Below are positions 13,461-27,409 of a stretch of 64,000 nucleotides of DNA, one piece after another. Location: NCBI GenBank assembly GCA_951406725.2, contig OX597830.1, positions 21,638,001 through 21,702,000 on the forward strand, given 5' to 3'. Both the position numbers and the translations under genes were made by a program. The DNA comes from Octopus vulgaris. Its lineage: Eukaryota. How positions within the stretch are numbered: position 1 is the stretch's first letter; each line of letters opens with the position of its first letter. The notes beneath the pieces were generated by a model. The model saw only the letters and a program-made list of their open reading frames with translations, did not search any database and was not told where the DNA came from.

Positions 13461-13843
13461 TGCCCACAAGGGGCTAAACACAGAGAGGACAAACAAGGAT
13501 AGACAAATTGATTAAGTCGATTACATCGACCCCAGTGCGTAACTGGTACTTATTTAATCGATCCCGAAAGGATGAAAGTCAAAGTCAATCTCGGCGGAAT
13601 TTGAACTCAGAACGTAATGGCAGACAAAATACCTATATCTTTACTACCCACAAGGGGCTAAACACAGAGGGGACAAACAAGGAGAGACAAACGGATTAAG
13701 TTGATTACATCGACCCCAGTGCGTAACTATTACTTACTTTATCGACCCCGAGAGGATGAAAGGCAAAGTCGACCTCAGCTGAACGTAACGGCAAACGAAA
13801 TACCGCTAGGCATTTCGCCCGGCGTGCTAACGATTCTGCCAGC
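13460..13843 (-). mobile_element. SINE S1 dimer, both units with tail A
   Basis: Two tandem copies of cccacaaggggctaaacacagag.ggacaaacaagga; junction at 13633/13634. Confidence 0.88.
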
Positions 13844-13845
13844 TC

Positions 13846-13950
13846 TATATTTTTATGTTCACTGAAATACATCGAATGGCCATGGAGATCTAATAGAGTA
13901 AAAAAAGAATCAAAGGGGTCCGTAGGCAAAAATTGGTTGAGAACCACTGG
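13846..13950. mobile_element. hAT-Charlie-type MITE right end
   Basis: ggggtccgtaggc...ggttgagaaccactg followed by gtctagct (NTCTAGNN-type target); left end not found. Confidence 0.55.
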
Positions 13951-14185
13951 TCTAGCTTATCCACGTGACCAGTTTGCTGCCATTCAGTTCTGTTGAGTCA
14001 TCTTCACTTTGAGTTTTGTATACATACATACATACATACACACATACATACATACATACATACATACATTCATACATACATACATACATACATACATACA
14101 TACATACATACATACATACATACGTACATACATACATACATACATACATACATACATACATACATACATACATACATACATACAT

Positions 14186-16740
14186 GGTGATCATCTCATC
14201 TACTCTTTATGCAGAGTCTGAGTACCTCTTGTACTTACACCTTAGATCCATCATGGCGTCTGATGTGGCTCTTTAGATCAGACAACGTATTGAAAAGACA
14301 TCCAGATTGCACATCCGATTTGGGCCACCCAGAGCTGCAGTTAAGTTCTGATCTTTGTGGATCTTAAAATGTCTTTTGATGCCTCTGTTAGATTTTCACA
14401 CCTTCTGGCATACATCGCATTAAAAGGTGTGCATAGACATATAAGCAGGATAGTTGATGTATTTTCGTTTGTCATAGGTACGCAAATGGGATTTGAGCCC
14501 AGCAAAAGAAAGGCATGGTCTGTCACAAACTGTGCACACAAAAAGGTCATTGTGATTCATGTTCTTGATTGTAAATTCTTTTTTAAATCTCTCTTGTGTC
14601 TTGCATGTGTTATCCTAGCCTCTTCAAATGCTTCCACTCCACTCCAAACTTATGTTCACCATCCATCTCAATCTGATGCAAGGGTTTCTATGTCCTCTGG
14701 ATTTATTCCAAGTGACTTCATGGTAGTCCTTATGCCATCCTTAAACCTCTTTTTAGGATTACACCGATTGCGTTTCTCCTCTGGAAGCTCGCCATAAAAC
14801 AGCTGTTTCGGTGTTTCCCTCATTTTGTACAGAGCTTCCAAGGTAGGTGGAAGAATCGACAAACTTAACAAAAATTTTAGCGGGGTTGCAAACAGCACCA
14901 TGTGCAGGTTAATAAATTACAACTGTTTTTTATATATTTTTTCAAGTTGATGGTCAAGCCATCATCAAAAGCTGAGTCAAATGCAGATACAAGAGATTTC
15001 AGGCTCGTTTCAGAGTGACTGACTAGATCACAATCGTTAGGGTATAAGAGTTCCCTAATGATTGAAGTAAAAACCTTTGTTTTGAATTTCAGTCTGGTCA
15101 GATTGAAAATATTCCCTGTTGTTCGATATTTTATGTAAATACCCTCCTCGGAGTTTTGGAAAGCGTGTGACAGCACAACAGCAAAATATATTGCAAAGAG
15201 GATGGGTCTCCTTGCTTTAATCTATTTTCCACGGCAAAAGATTCAGAGAGCCTACCACCAAAATTAACTCTAGCTTTCATATGATGCAAAGCCCTGATCG
15301 AGTTTACAATTTTTTCTGGGCAACCTATTTTCCTTAGAATTAACCACAAAGCATTTCAATTAACAGTATTAAAAGCTTTGCTCAAATCAACAAAGTAATG
15401 GTATAGGGCAAGATGTGTTCAAATTCCGCCGAGGTCGACTTTGCCTTTTATCCTTTCGGGGTCGATAAATTAAGCACCAGTTACGCACTGGGGTCGATGT
15501 AATCGACTTAATACCTATGTCTGTCCTTGTTTGTCCCCTCTATGTTTAGCCCCTTGTGGGTAATAAAGAAATAGGTATAGGGCAAGATTCTGTTCAATGC
15601 ACTTTTCTTGTAATTGTCTGATAGTATAGATACAATCAACTGTAAAAACCACGTTGAAACTCAGACATCATATTTAGAACTATGAAGGTATTTAAACGTT
15701 CTAACAGAATGCGGGCAAATACCTTTCCAACCACAGACAAAAGCAAAATTCCACGAAAATTGCCATACAGATCCTATGGCCCCGATTTATACAAGGAGAC
15801 TAAAATGGCATCAATCCAGTCTTGAGATACTTTCTCAGTTCTCCAACAGTGACAAATTACTATATTTAAGAGTTCAAACATTTTGTCACTTTCATATTTA
15901 AAGTCCTCTGCACAGATTTCATCGGACCCTGGAGACTTATTGTTATTCAGCTTATTCACAGCTATAATAAATGTCATTTAGAGTTGGTTCAAATGCTATC
16001 TCTTCTATAACTGGAAGATGTTCGATTTTTTTCATGTCAGCGGATGATGGTCTATTAAAAAATGCAAAAAAACAAATGGTCTACCCAGCGCTTATGAATA
16101 GAAGCGATGTCAGTCAAAAGCAAATGTTCATCTGCTGTTCTCAGTGGAGCTATTGAAGAAGATTTGGGGCCATATACCTCCTTAACATAAGAGTACAAAC
16201 CCTTTCTATCAGCTGCTTCTTGTGCCCCTTTTGCTCTATCATTCCACTACTCCTGTTTAATCTTCCTGAGAGTAATCTGCACTTTCCTTTTCAGCTTTCT
16301 GTAAGCTTCATTTGAGTTGGGGTTCAAAGATTAAGAAAGAAGTGTATGGCCTAAGTTTTGTTTTTCTAAAAGTAGATCATGAATTTCTGCTGATTTGTCT
16401 GTGAACCAATCACTGGGCCTACGCGATTTAAAATCCATCGACGAGCTTGCAGCCTGAAATACTTTTGTTTTGAAATTTTCCCATAGATTGTTTGGGTCAA
16501 CATTGATACTTTCTATAGCATCGTGGAATCTTTGCAAATTGCTTGGTAATTTGAAGTTTGCAACATTTAACTTTTTGGGTATCTTAGGAGCAGACTGTTG
16601 ACTTATAGGCTTTATCAAAAACTTTACTTTTCCACTGCACTAGACGATTGTAAGTCCAGTTCTCTGCTCTTCAAATGGCTCGAACGCTAGAAACATCTTA
16701 CATATCACGCTTTCTGATCAAAATATAATCTATGAGATAC
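14186..16740 (-). mobile_element. RTE (BovB-like) LINE, decayed ORF (RT and C-terminal C2H2-like region), (TATG)n tail
   Basis: Minus-strand fragments NKSPGSDEICAE, WLILRKIGCPEKIVNSIRALH, FAVENRLKQGDP, IYIKYRTTGNIFNLTRLKFKTKV..IIRELLY, PKQLFYGEL..KRNRCNPKKRFKD, FVCTVCDRPCLSFAGLKSHLR; many frameshifts and stops. Confidence 0.92.
15415..15573 (+). mobile_element. 5'-truncated SINE S1 (tail A) nested in the RTE, 15-bp TSD
   Basis: TSD ggtatagggcaagat at 15400-15414 and 15574-15588. Confidence 0.93.
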
Positions 16741-17081
16741 CAGTATCTCGTATCAGAAATCTCGTATCAGCCACGTTCACTCTCATGAGAAACAATATGC
16801 GGGAGGCAGAGGAGAATGAATGTCTCCGATCGACGTTGTCAAGCAAGTAAGAAAATAATTGTCTCCCTTCTTGTCACCCTACCCACTCACCTATATACCA
16901 ACCAACCAAACTTGCACTTCACTCTCCCTAGAATCCTATCTACCTACGCTCGGTAACTTGGGCAAGTTTCTTCTGTTAATGCCTTGTAAGTGAATCTGGT
17001 AGGGGGGGGAACTGTGTGGAAGCTCGTCATGTGTGTATGCATGTTTATGTGTGCGTGCGCGCGTATGTGTGTGTGTATGTT

Positions 17082-17222
17082 TCTTTCTGTGTTCCTTTCT
17101 GTGGAAGAGCGTAGGCGCGAAACGTTAAAGGCTTTTTTCACTTCCCGAGCGTTAAACTAATATATCTGTTGGTTGTCTATACCACCTGTCTTCGTCTTTT
17201 GTTGTTTTTGTTTTGTGAATTC
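17082..17222 (+). repeat. Penelope-type terminal repeat fragment with hammerhead-like motif (same family as 19670-19820)
   Basis: ctttctgtggaagagcgtaggcgcgaaacgttaaag...caccacctgtcttcgtc-like sequence shared with 19692-19793. Confidence 0.6.
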
Positions 17223-18342
17223 AAGTAACACCATTATCGCAATTATACTACGGCAGTCACCACCACCACCACTACCACCAATACTACTACCACTACTACT
17301 ACTACTACTACCATCATCACCAAACACCACCAATACTACAACACGTACCTCAAAATAAACTAAGTATTCAAGACAATTGTCTGGTCCTTGAAGGCCATCA
17401 ATACTACTACCATCACTATTACCACCACCACCACCACCACCACCTCCATCTTCACCATCACCACCACCACCATTATCACCACCACCACCACCACCATCCT
17501 CACCACCACCACCATCACCCAATAACAGTCACCACCATCACCACCAATAACAGTAAACATCATCGCCACCCTTTCATGAACATCACATCCAAATCTATCA
17601 AACATCACCACCGCTACCATCAAATACCACCGCTATCACTATCGCCATCACCAACCACCACTGCCACCACCACCACCATCATAATCATCATCACCACCAC
17701 CGCCACCAATAACAGCAACACCATCAACACTCTTTCATGAACATTACATCTAAATCTATCAACGCCACCACCACCACCACCACCACCACCACCACTACCA
17801 ACACCACCACCACCACCACCACCACCACCACCAAACACCACCACCAACAACAACAAACAGAACTACCACCACCACCACCACTACCGCTATTACTTCAATT
17901 ATTTTCCCCTTAATCGCAACCAATGAAAAACTTAACAGTGACCAAGTGTCGCCACCTAACGATTAATTCTTCATTTTTGTTATTATTATTTTTTGTTTGG
18001 ATTTGTTTTCTATTTGTTTTTCTCTTATGTTTGTATTTTTGTTTCTATGCTATTTTTCAAAATTCCTTTTTCTGCGATCTCGTTGTTGTAATTGATGTAA
18101 GAATTGTAACAGAAGAGTTCTGGAAGAATGCGGATTATGACGGGTCGAAAGTAGTGTGTATCTGTGTGCGTGCGTTTGTGTGTGTGTGTGTTTGTGTGTG
18201 TGTGTGCGTGACTGTGTAGTATGTTTGTTGTTCTTGTTGATGTCATTGTTATTGTTGTTTTGTCGTCAACCTCAACTGCGCAGAGCAGTGATGAAAGGCA
18301 TCTCAACCGTGACCATCATACCGTTTCCCAAGTATAGGGATG

Positions 18343-18453
<111 letters not shown>

Positions 18454-18487
18454 GCATACATACATAAATACATACATACATACATAC

Positions 18488-18518
<31 letters not shown>

Positions 18519-18824
18519 CATACACACATACATACATGCATACATACACAGATAAATAGCTGATGGTTGTGAGATTTGATATGAAAATAGATATACAAAA
18601 CAGCTATAAGGATATAGAAATGTCTTTGAGCATAAACTAGCCTCATCAGGTGTCCTGGTGCATAAGGAAGAAAACACGCGTACACACGTATACACACAAA
18701 CATATGCATACACACTCACATACAACACACATATGCATACGCATAAACGTGAAATATATATGTGTGTGTGTGTGTGTGTATTGCATATATACGTTTTACA
18801 TATTTATATCTATCGATCTATCTT

Positions 18825-18873
<49 letters not shown>

Positions 18874-19126
18874 TAAACATATACATATTTATATGTATAT
18901 ATATGTGTATATATAATATATATGTATATATAAATACATATATTCATACGTACATACATTTATAAAGGTGCGTATGAACACACACACTCACACATTCAGA
19001 GTAATTCAGAAGTCTAACATTTAAATAAATGCTTTTTTAAAAAAATTTTGTACCATTTTAGTTTTATACTTTTTGATACTATGAATATATATATGTGTGC
19101 TTCTTTATGCATGTATGTATGTATGC

Positions 19127-19157
<31 letters not shown>

Positions 19158-19565
19158 TGTATGTATGTATGTTTGCATAAAATATGAAGTGAAGAATGGA
19201 TGTACTACTGTCATATTTATTTTTGTCTACAGCTGTTTCAATAACAAATGGATAATCACTTAACATCACTTAACATCACTTAACAAATTAGATAGCACGA
19301 ATATGATGAAATTTGTAACTACACTTAAAAATCATTCTTCATATTCAAGTCCTACGGTTTGTTAAATGATTTATTATTCATATATTGTGAAACAACTGTA
19401 AGCGTGGAAGGAATATGACAGTAGTGCATCCGTTCTTCGCTTTTTATTTTATAACCGCGACTGAAGAAAACCTCTCTGATTTCAGCTTCTGTGGAACACA
19501 TGCTTCTACTGGGACGTTGTTTTTTTTTATACATTTTATTAGACAGTATTCGCAGAAGCGCTAGT

Positions 19566-19629
<64 letters not shown>

Positions 19630-19637
<8 letters not shown>

Positions 19638-19819
19638 ATGATAGATCGTTAGCCACTACATACATTTTTTCTCTCCTTCTTTTCTGTGTCCCTTTCTGTA
19701 GAAGAGCGTAGACTCGAAACGTAAAAGACTTCCTTCTATTCCTGAGCGTTATACTAATACATCTGTTTGTTTTGTACACCACCTGTCTTCGTCTTTTTGT
19801 TTTTTTTTTCGTAAACTCT

Positions 19820-19822
<3 letters not shown>
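19630..19822 (+). repeat. Penelope-type terminal repeat fragment with hammerhead-like motif
   Basis: cuuu-CUGUAGA-a-gag.cguaga.cuc-GAAAC-GUA-aaag at 19692-19727; embedded in (TA)n. Confidence 0.6.
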
Positions 19823-19856
<34 letters not shown>

Positions 19857-20099
19857 CTGATGAACCAACTAAATTGTTTCTCCATTTTCTTATTTGTATT
19901 ATAAATTAATGGTAAAATATTTCTTTACCTTCACCCGTTTAATACAATATATAAGTTAATTGAATTGCAATTAAAAACATTTGTGTATTAAGAATTTGGG
20001 TACTATACCAACAGTATATTGGATAAATACTATCCCTTAGTGGGTTGGATCCATAACCCTTAACTTACTTGGTGTTATATATATATATATATATAAGTG

Positions 20100-20345
20100 A
20101 AGCCGCGTTGCTCGATGGTTAGGGCGTTCGGCTCATGATCGTAAGGTCATGAGGTCAATTCCCGGCGACGCGTTGTGTCCTTGAGCAAGACCCTTTATTT
20201 CACGTTGCTCCAGACCACTTAGCTAGCAAAAATGAGCAGTACGTGCATTTTAAAGGGACAGCCTTGTCACACTGCTTGTCACGCGGAATCTCCCTGAAAA
20301 CTACGTGAAGGGTTGCACGTTTGTGTGGAGTGCTCAGCCACACAC
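20100..20345 (+). mobile_element. tRNA-derived SINE family S3 (other copies 40600-40895 minus, 46545-46670 minus, 52077-52215 plus)
   Basis: Head tggttagggc.ttcggctc..gatc.taaggtc.tgag.tcaattcccggcgacgcgtt; body gtccttgagcaaga.cc/actttatttcacgttgctccag. Confidence 0.85.
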
Positions 20346-20361
20346 ACACACACGCGAACAC

Positions 20362-20412
<51 letters not shown>

Positions 20413-20499
20413 AAGAGAGAGAGAGACAGACAGAGGCCTGAGAGACAGATGGGATAGAGAGATATATACATAGAAACACATGCACTCACACACACACAT

Positions 20500-20595
<96 letters not shown>

Positions 20596-20734
20596 ATTTA
20601 ATTTGATACATTTAATATAGATTAGTCACAATAGTATAATGTTCTGTCTGCGAAGGTAAGATATACATAAATATGTAATTTACTGTTCCATTAAGGTAAT
20701 CATCTTCATCATCATCCTCATCATCATCATCATC

Positions 20735-21415
20735 ATCGTTTAACGTCCGCTTTCCATGCTAGCATGCGTTGGACGATTTGACAGAGGACTGGCGAACCAG
20801 ATGGCTGCACCAGGCTCCAATCTTGATCTGGCAGAATTTCTACTGCTGGATGCCCTTCCTAATGCCAACAACCACTCCGGGAGTGTAGTGGGTGTTTTTA
20901 CGTGCCACCGGTACGAGAGCCAATCAGGCGGTACTGGCAACGGCCATGCTCAAATGGTGTTTTTTACGTGCTACCTGCACAGGAGCCAGTCCAGCGGCAC
21001 TGGCAACGAGCTCGCTCGAACGTTTTTTCACGTGCCACCGGCACAAGTGCCAGTAAGGCGATGCTAGTAACGGTCACGCTCGAATGGTGTCTCTTACGTG
21101 CCACCAGTACGGAAGCCAGTCAGCTGCTCTGGCAACGATCATGCTCGGATGGTGCTCTTAGCGTTCCACCAGCACGGATGCCAGTCATCGAATTTGATTT
21201 CGATTTCACTTGCTTCAACAAGTCTTCACAAGCAGAGTTTAGTGTCTAATGAATGAAAGGTGCGCGTAAGTAGGTTGGTTACACCCCTGGCATAGGTCAC
21301 GAAGTTATGGTCTCAATTGGCTTGCCGGGTCTTCTCAAGCACAGCATATTTCCAAAAGTCTCGGTCACTAGTCATTGCCTTGGTGAGGCCTAATGTTCGA
21401 AGGTCGTGCTTCACG
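20735..21415 (-). mobile_element. RTE-type LINE 3' end with long 3' UTR containing a ~60-bp minisatellite; (GAT)n tail
   Basis: Minus strand VKHDLRTLGLTKAMTSDRDFWKYAVLEKTRQA (RTE C-terminus); five units of tt.tacgtgccacc.gcac...gccagt..gcgg.actggcaacg; ends ggacgttaaacgatgatgatg. Confidence 0.75.
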
Positions 21416-21421
21416 TAATAT

Positions 21422-21454
<33 letters not shown>

Positions 21455-21565
21455 AACTTAGATAAAACTTAGATATGTTTCGACCCAAAATTGGTCCAGG
21501 CCATGTCTAACTTAATAGCACCATCTTATAGGGTTATCTAAATCCTGTTCAAGTCAAGTTTTGTT

Positions 21566-21852
21566 TATGGTCCATATCCAGGTATGAGTGAGTTGTATCC
21601 AGGTATGAGTGGCTTATCCCGTATTCCTTGAAGAAATCTGTCCAGACTCCGTTTAAAGGTGATGGGATCCTTTTCCTCTTTGATCTCTTTAGGGACAATG
21701 TTAAACAGGATAGGGCCTGTTGAGGAAAAGAAATTATGTCGCAGTGTACCTTTATGCTGTGATGCTGAATTGGGCAGGAGACGTATGACCCGTGGTCCCA
21801 GTCTTGGATGAGCCTTGAAACTAATGTTCAGGTCATTTGGGCGATACTGGCG
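21566..21852 (-). mobile_element. CR1/L2-group LINE ORF2 C-terminal fragment
   Basis: Hand translation ...HPRLGPR...TLRHNFFSSTGPILFNIVPKEIKEEKDPITFKRSLDRFLQGIRDKP, the typical 'N.F...GP.LFN.LP...FK..LD.FL' LINE end; absent from the ORF track. Confidence 0.75.
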
Positions 21853-22409
21853 TATATATATATTACAACAACGTTTACAAAAACAAGAACAATACCAGTA
21901 ATAACAACGGCAATAATATATTAATTATAGGAAGAGGAAAAAACACAACTCCATAAATAGTTATATTTGTCAGTATACTGTGGTTGTTGTTGTTATTATT
22001 GTTGTTAGTGATAGCTGTAGTGTGATATGGTGGTGGTGATGGTGGTGGCGATGGTGGCGGTACGGTGGAGGTGGTGATGGTGGCGTAGGGGAGGTATGAC
22101 AGTGATGGTATTAATTATGGCTGTGGTGTTAGTAGTGGGCGTGGTGGTTGCAGTGGTGGCGTAGCGGTGGCGGCGGTGGAGGTAGTGGTGGAGTCAGTGT
22201 TGGTAGTGATGATGATGGCCGTCGTAGTCGTTATGTGCAGGTGGTTTTGTGATGCTATGTTGGCAATGTGATGATGGTGGTACTGTTGGTGTGTGTGGGG
22301 TGAAGTCGTGTTGGTATCAGTGGTGATGCTGGGCGAAGTAATTAGGAAGGTAGTGGAAGTGGGGTTACTGGCAGTAGCAGCAGTAGTAGTGGTAGTAATA
22401 GTAGTAGTG

Positions 22410-22458
<49 letters not shown>

Positions 22459-22481
22459 CAGCAGCAGTAGTGGTGGTGGTG

Positions 22482-22526
<45 letters not shown>

Positions 22527-22795
22527 ACGGTAGTGGCGGCGTCGGTAGGGGTGGGGTGGGTGATGTTGGGTGTTTAGAGCAGTGTTTATGGGAGTGGTAG
22601 AGGGCAAGACAACTGTGCTCCCTCGGAAAAAAATATTTGGGTTTCGCCCTGTTGTCCTTTCTCGAATTGCATGTCTTTTATCCTTTAGATCCTTTTCATT
22701 AGCGACGCACAGACATACATATATATGTATGTATGTATGTGTGTGTGTGTGTGTATGTCTGTATGTTGTGAATGTGTTCGTGTGTATGTGTATAG

Positions 22796-22977
<182 letters not shown>

Positions 22978-23246
22978 GGGTTTTTGTATGTGTGGGTAAA
23001 TATTTACGTCAATTTCAGTTTGGTATGCAAATATCTTTGAAGCTACCCGCATCAACATTTATTATATACACCCTTATATCACATACACAAATGCATACAC
23101 ACACACACACACACACAAACACACACATAAAGAGACACACTCGGTATTGCACACGGTATCATTACATATGCATGCGCGCGCGTATGTGTGTATATGTGTG
23201 TACGTAATTGAATCTATTTATAGATTATATACTTGACTGCATATAC

Positions 23247-23285
<39 letters not shown>

Positions 23286-23344
23286 TATACATATATATGT
23301 ATATATGTATGTATATACATATATACATATGTATATGTATATAT

Positions 23345-23390
<46 letters not shown>

Positions 23391-23401
23391 CTATATATGT
23401 A

Positions 23402-23449
<48 letters not shown>

Positions 23450-23501
23450 GCCAGTTCTATATAAATATACCTATATATGTATATTTATGTGTGTGTGTAT
23501 A

Positions 23502-23552
<51 letters not shown>

Positions 23553-24283
23553 GTATATATATATATATACATATGTATACATATACGTATATGTATATAT
23601 TTCTATATACATATATATTACGCACACACATACTTGTATCGGAATGTATGGCATTGTGTCTGTGCCCGTGTGTGCAAAGGTTCATAGCTCCAAGTGTATC
23701 TTGTGTGTGCGTGCGCATGCGTGTATTGTATAATTGTTTTGCTTAATTTTTTCGCATCATTCTTTTCAAGTTATTCTACGACAGTAATTTGTGTATAATT
23801 CTGTTGATGTAACCAAACCACACCTTACAATCCCTACACCCCCTACCCTGCCCCTCCCCTGCCCCTTCCCTACCCCACCAGCCAAACCCAACTCCCACCA
23901 CCGTCGCCTCCTGCCATCCAGCATTAACCAAAATTTTCAGAGGCAAAGTCCCTCTTGTGTCGAAGCTTCCCCAGGGATCGACCGTTCCCTATGGCTATTT
24001 CCGATCTTAGATGACAACCAAGGGAGAGATTAGTTATAGGAAGGTTGGGTTATATATACATATGTTTGTGTGTGTGTTGTTGTTGTTGTGATGGTGGTGG
24101 TGGTGGTGGTGGTGGTTCTGGTGGCGGTGCTGGTGGTTGTAGTGGTGGTGGTGCTGGTGGTTTTTCGTTAGGGCGTTTGCCGTTATGGCTACGACTTGTG
24201 GTGATGACATCATATACATCATCGCTCTATAAATCAGTCATATGATCACCGCATCGCCATACGCATGTGTGTATGTATATATG

Positions 24284-24317
<34 letters not shown>

Positions 24318-25124
24318 TGTATGTATGTATGTATGTATGTATGTATGTAGGTATGTATGTAGGTATGTATGTAGGTATGTATGTATGTATGTATGTATAT
24401 ATGTATGTATGTATGTATGTATGTAGGTAAGTATGTATGTATGTATGCATGCATTTATGTATGTATTTATGTATGTAGGTATGTATGTATGTATGTAGGT
24501 ATGTATGTATGTATGTATGTATGTATGTATGTATGTAGGTATGTATGTATGTATGTAGGTATGTATGTAGGTATGTATGTATGTATGTATGTATGTATAT
24601 ATGTATGTATGTATGTATGTATGTAGGTAGGTATGTATGTATGTATGTATGTATGTATGTATGTATGTATGTATGTAGGTATGTATGTATGTATGTAGGT
24701 ATGTATGTATGTATGTATGTATGTATGTATGTATGTAGGTATGTATGTATGTATGTAGGTATGTATGTAGGTATGTATGTATGTATGTATGTAGGTATGT
24801 ATGTATGTATGTAGGTATGTATGTATGTATGTAGGTATGTATGTATGTATCTATCTATCTATCTATATATGTACGCGTGTGTGTCTATGTATGTATATTT
24901 ACACATATGCATATATATAAGGACGTATATATCTAAGTATACATTTACATGTAATGTGTCTATATTTCTGTGTGTATATGTATGTATGTGTGTATGTTTG
25001 TGTATATACATATAGAGAGATGTATAAGCATGTATATATATATATATATATATATACGTATGTATGTATGTATATGTATATATATGTGTATATACATACA
25101 TACATACATACATACATACATCCA

Positions 25125-25155
<31 letters not shown>

Positions 25156-25746
25156 CTTTAGTCGCCTAAGAATCCATAAGTCAGAAAAAACAACCACTCT
25201 ATATTTATCATATATATATATATATTTGTAAGCATGTATATCTAAATGTATGTACGCATGGATGTATATGGAAGGTGTTGTGTTTTTGTTTTTGTTTTGT
25301 TTTGTTGTGCGTGTGTGTTTCTACTTTTATTTTTCAAATTTCTCACCAATCTTGAAAAATCCGTCTCCAACTCAGAAACGAAGCTTTTTTTTTTTGTTCT
25401 TTCTATGTTTCCATTGCAATTTAGGCAACATCACTAAAGTCGCCATAACGAACCAAGCAGAAACGTCAGCACGAAGGAGGAAATGCTTAACGCATTCCGT
25501 CCGACATTACGTTATGGGTTCAAATTCCGCCGCGGTCAAGTTTGCCTTTTATCCTTTCGACGTCAATGAAATCAATACCATGCAAGCACTGAAGATAACG
25601 TAATTGAACCCCGCCCACAAGATTTCAGGCCTTGTGCCAATTGTAGAAAGGATCAGCTAAGAAATCATACACAGAAATGTGTATGTATGTGTATGTTTCC
25701 ATGCATAATGTTGCATGTAGATAGATAGGTGTCTCTCCTTACTAAC

Positions 25747-25979
25747 AAGGCGGCGAGCTGGCAGAAACGTTAGCACGCCGGGCGAAATGCGTAGCCATAT
25801 TTCGTCTACCGCTACGTTGTGAGTTCAAATTCCGCCGAGGTCGACTTTGCCTTTCATCCTTTCGGGGTCGATAAATTAAGTACCAGTTACTCACTGGGGT
25901 AGATGTAATCGACTTTATCCCTTTGTCTGTCCTTGTTTGTCCCCTCTATGTTTAGCCCCTTGTGGGCAATAAAGAAATA
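25747..25979 (+). mobile_element. Full-length SINE S1 (tail A), 11-bp TSD
   Basis: Starts aaggcggcgagctggcagaaacgttagc, ends gggcaataaagaaata; TSD tccttactaac at 25736-25746 and 25980-25990. Confidence 0.93.
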
Positions 25980-26061
25980 TCCTTACTAACGATCAGCCAT
26001 TTTGTATTCCTGTTGTATGTGTCTTTATTTGCGCATGCGTACATCCCTGTGTGTGTCAAAA

Positions 26062-26476
26062 GGCGTTGGGGTGGCTGTGTGGTATGTAGCTTGCTTACCA
26101 ACCACATGGTTCCGGGTTCACTCCCACTGCGTGGCACCTTGGGCAAGTGTCTCTTAGTATAGCATCGTGCCGACCAAAGCCTTGTGAGTGGATTTGGTAG
26201 ACAGAAACTGAAAGAAGCCCGTCGTATATATGTATATATATATATATATGTGTGTATGTGTATATGCTTGTGTGTCTGTGTTTGTCCCCCCAACATCGCT
26301 TGACAACCGATGTTGGTGTGTTTACGTCCCCGTAACTTAGCGGTTCGGCAAAAGAGACCGATAGAATAAGTACTAGGCTTACAAAGAATAAGTCCTAGGG
26401 TCGATTTGCTTGACTAAAGGTGGTGCTCCAGCATGGGCACAGTCAAATGACTGAAACAAGTAAAAGAGTAAAAGAT
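26062..26476 (+). mobile_element. Full-length SINE S2
   Basis: Same head, body and tail as 7118-7515, in plus orientation. Confidence 0.92.
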
Positions 26477-26659
26477 ATATATATATACGTTTATATATTC
26501 GTCTTGCAAGATTCTTGATGTGAATTCGCGTGTTGAAACAGATATTGAGATATTGTTGTGTTTGGGGATGGTCATGTTGCCAGTTTAGCCAATGAAAACA
26601 CGCACACTATATATTTAGTGTTCATTTACTTCAGCTTTATTTTTTATTAATTGTATTTC

Positions 26660-26704
26660 GGCCAGAGTTCTTTCGTCACACTTCTGTGACCTCATCAGTG
26701 GTCC
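26660..26704 (-). ncRNA. Minimal type I hammerhead ribozyme motif in a Penelope-like terminal repeat (~26495-26725)
   Basis: Minus strand GGACCA-CUGAUGA-G-GUCAC(AGAAGU)GUGAC-GAAA-GAAC-UC-UGGCC; intact core, perfect stem II, imperfect stems I and III. Confidence 0.72.
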
Positions 26705-27409
26705 TTTACTTTCTTCTTTCTTTTTTGTGTCTCTCCTTACTAACGATCAGCCATTTTGTATTTTTATTGTATGTGTCTTTATTTGCGCATGCGTATATCC
26801 CTGTGTGTGTCTATGTTTAGTAAAAGGGGTGGGGGGAATGTGTATGATACCTGCATTATCAGTACCCACTGTTTATTCACGTTTGTTTAATTTACTTTTA
26901 TTTATTTGATTCATTTATTTCAGGTGATACTGAATAAAGAGATTATGTATAATGAAAGCGAGAGAAAGAAAGCGGATGCAGAACAAGGGAGAGATAGAGA
27001 GAAAAAGATAATTAAGAATAAGGTATGGTGGAAAGAAAATAGTAATGAAAAAGCGTGGAAAGAGGGCGTTGCGAGGTGAAACACATTTTGCTGGAGAGGA
27101 GAGCAACCGTCCAAGAAGAGAGCTAACAAGAACGCTTGGACAATTTGCTAATCTGATAAAGTAAGAACAAAGAGAAGTTAAGGTTAAGAGAAGGGAAGTG
27201 ATATATATATATAAAAAGAGGTCGCAAAACTGCAAATATATTTAAATGAGAGAGATCGAATCGTAAGATGATAACACCTATGGTTGAGAAGGTTCCTAGC
27301 GTAAAAATTAGGGTTTTTTTTTTTTTTACTTTTTCACCTGCACTTTGTATGAAGTGCGGGCGTTGATGCACGGTAAGTATACAAATAGAGACTTGTACTG
27401 TTTGTACGA

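Noticed and set aside
25747-25835. tRNA genes at SINE heads (also ~52077, ~34243, ~60262, ~54216)
   Set aside because: A/B boxes are present but there is no full cloverleaf and each runs into a SINE body or other repeat.
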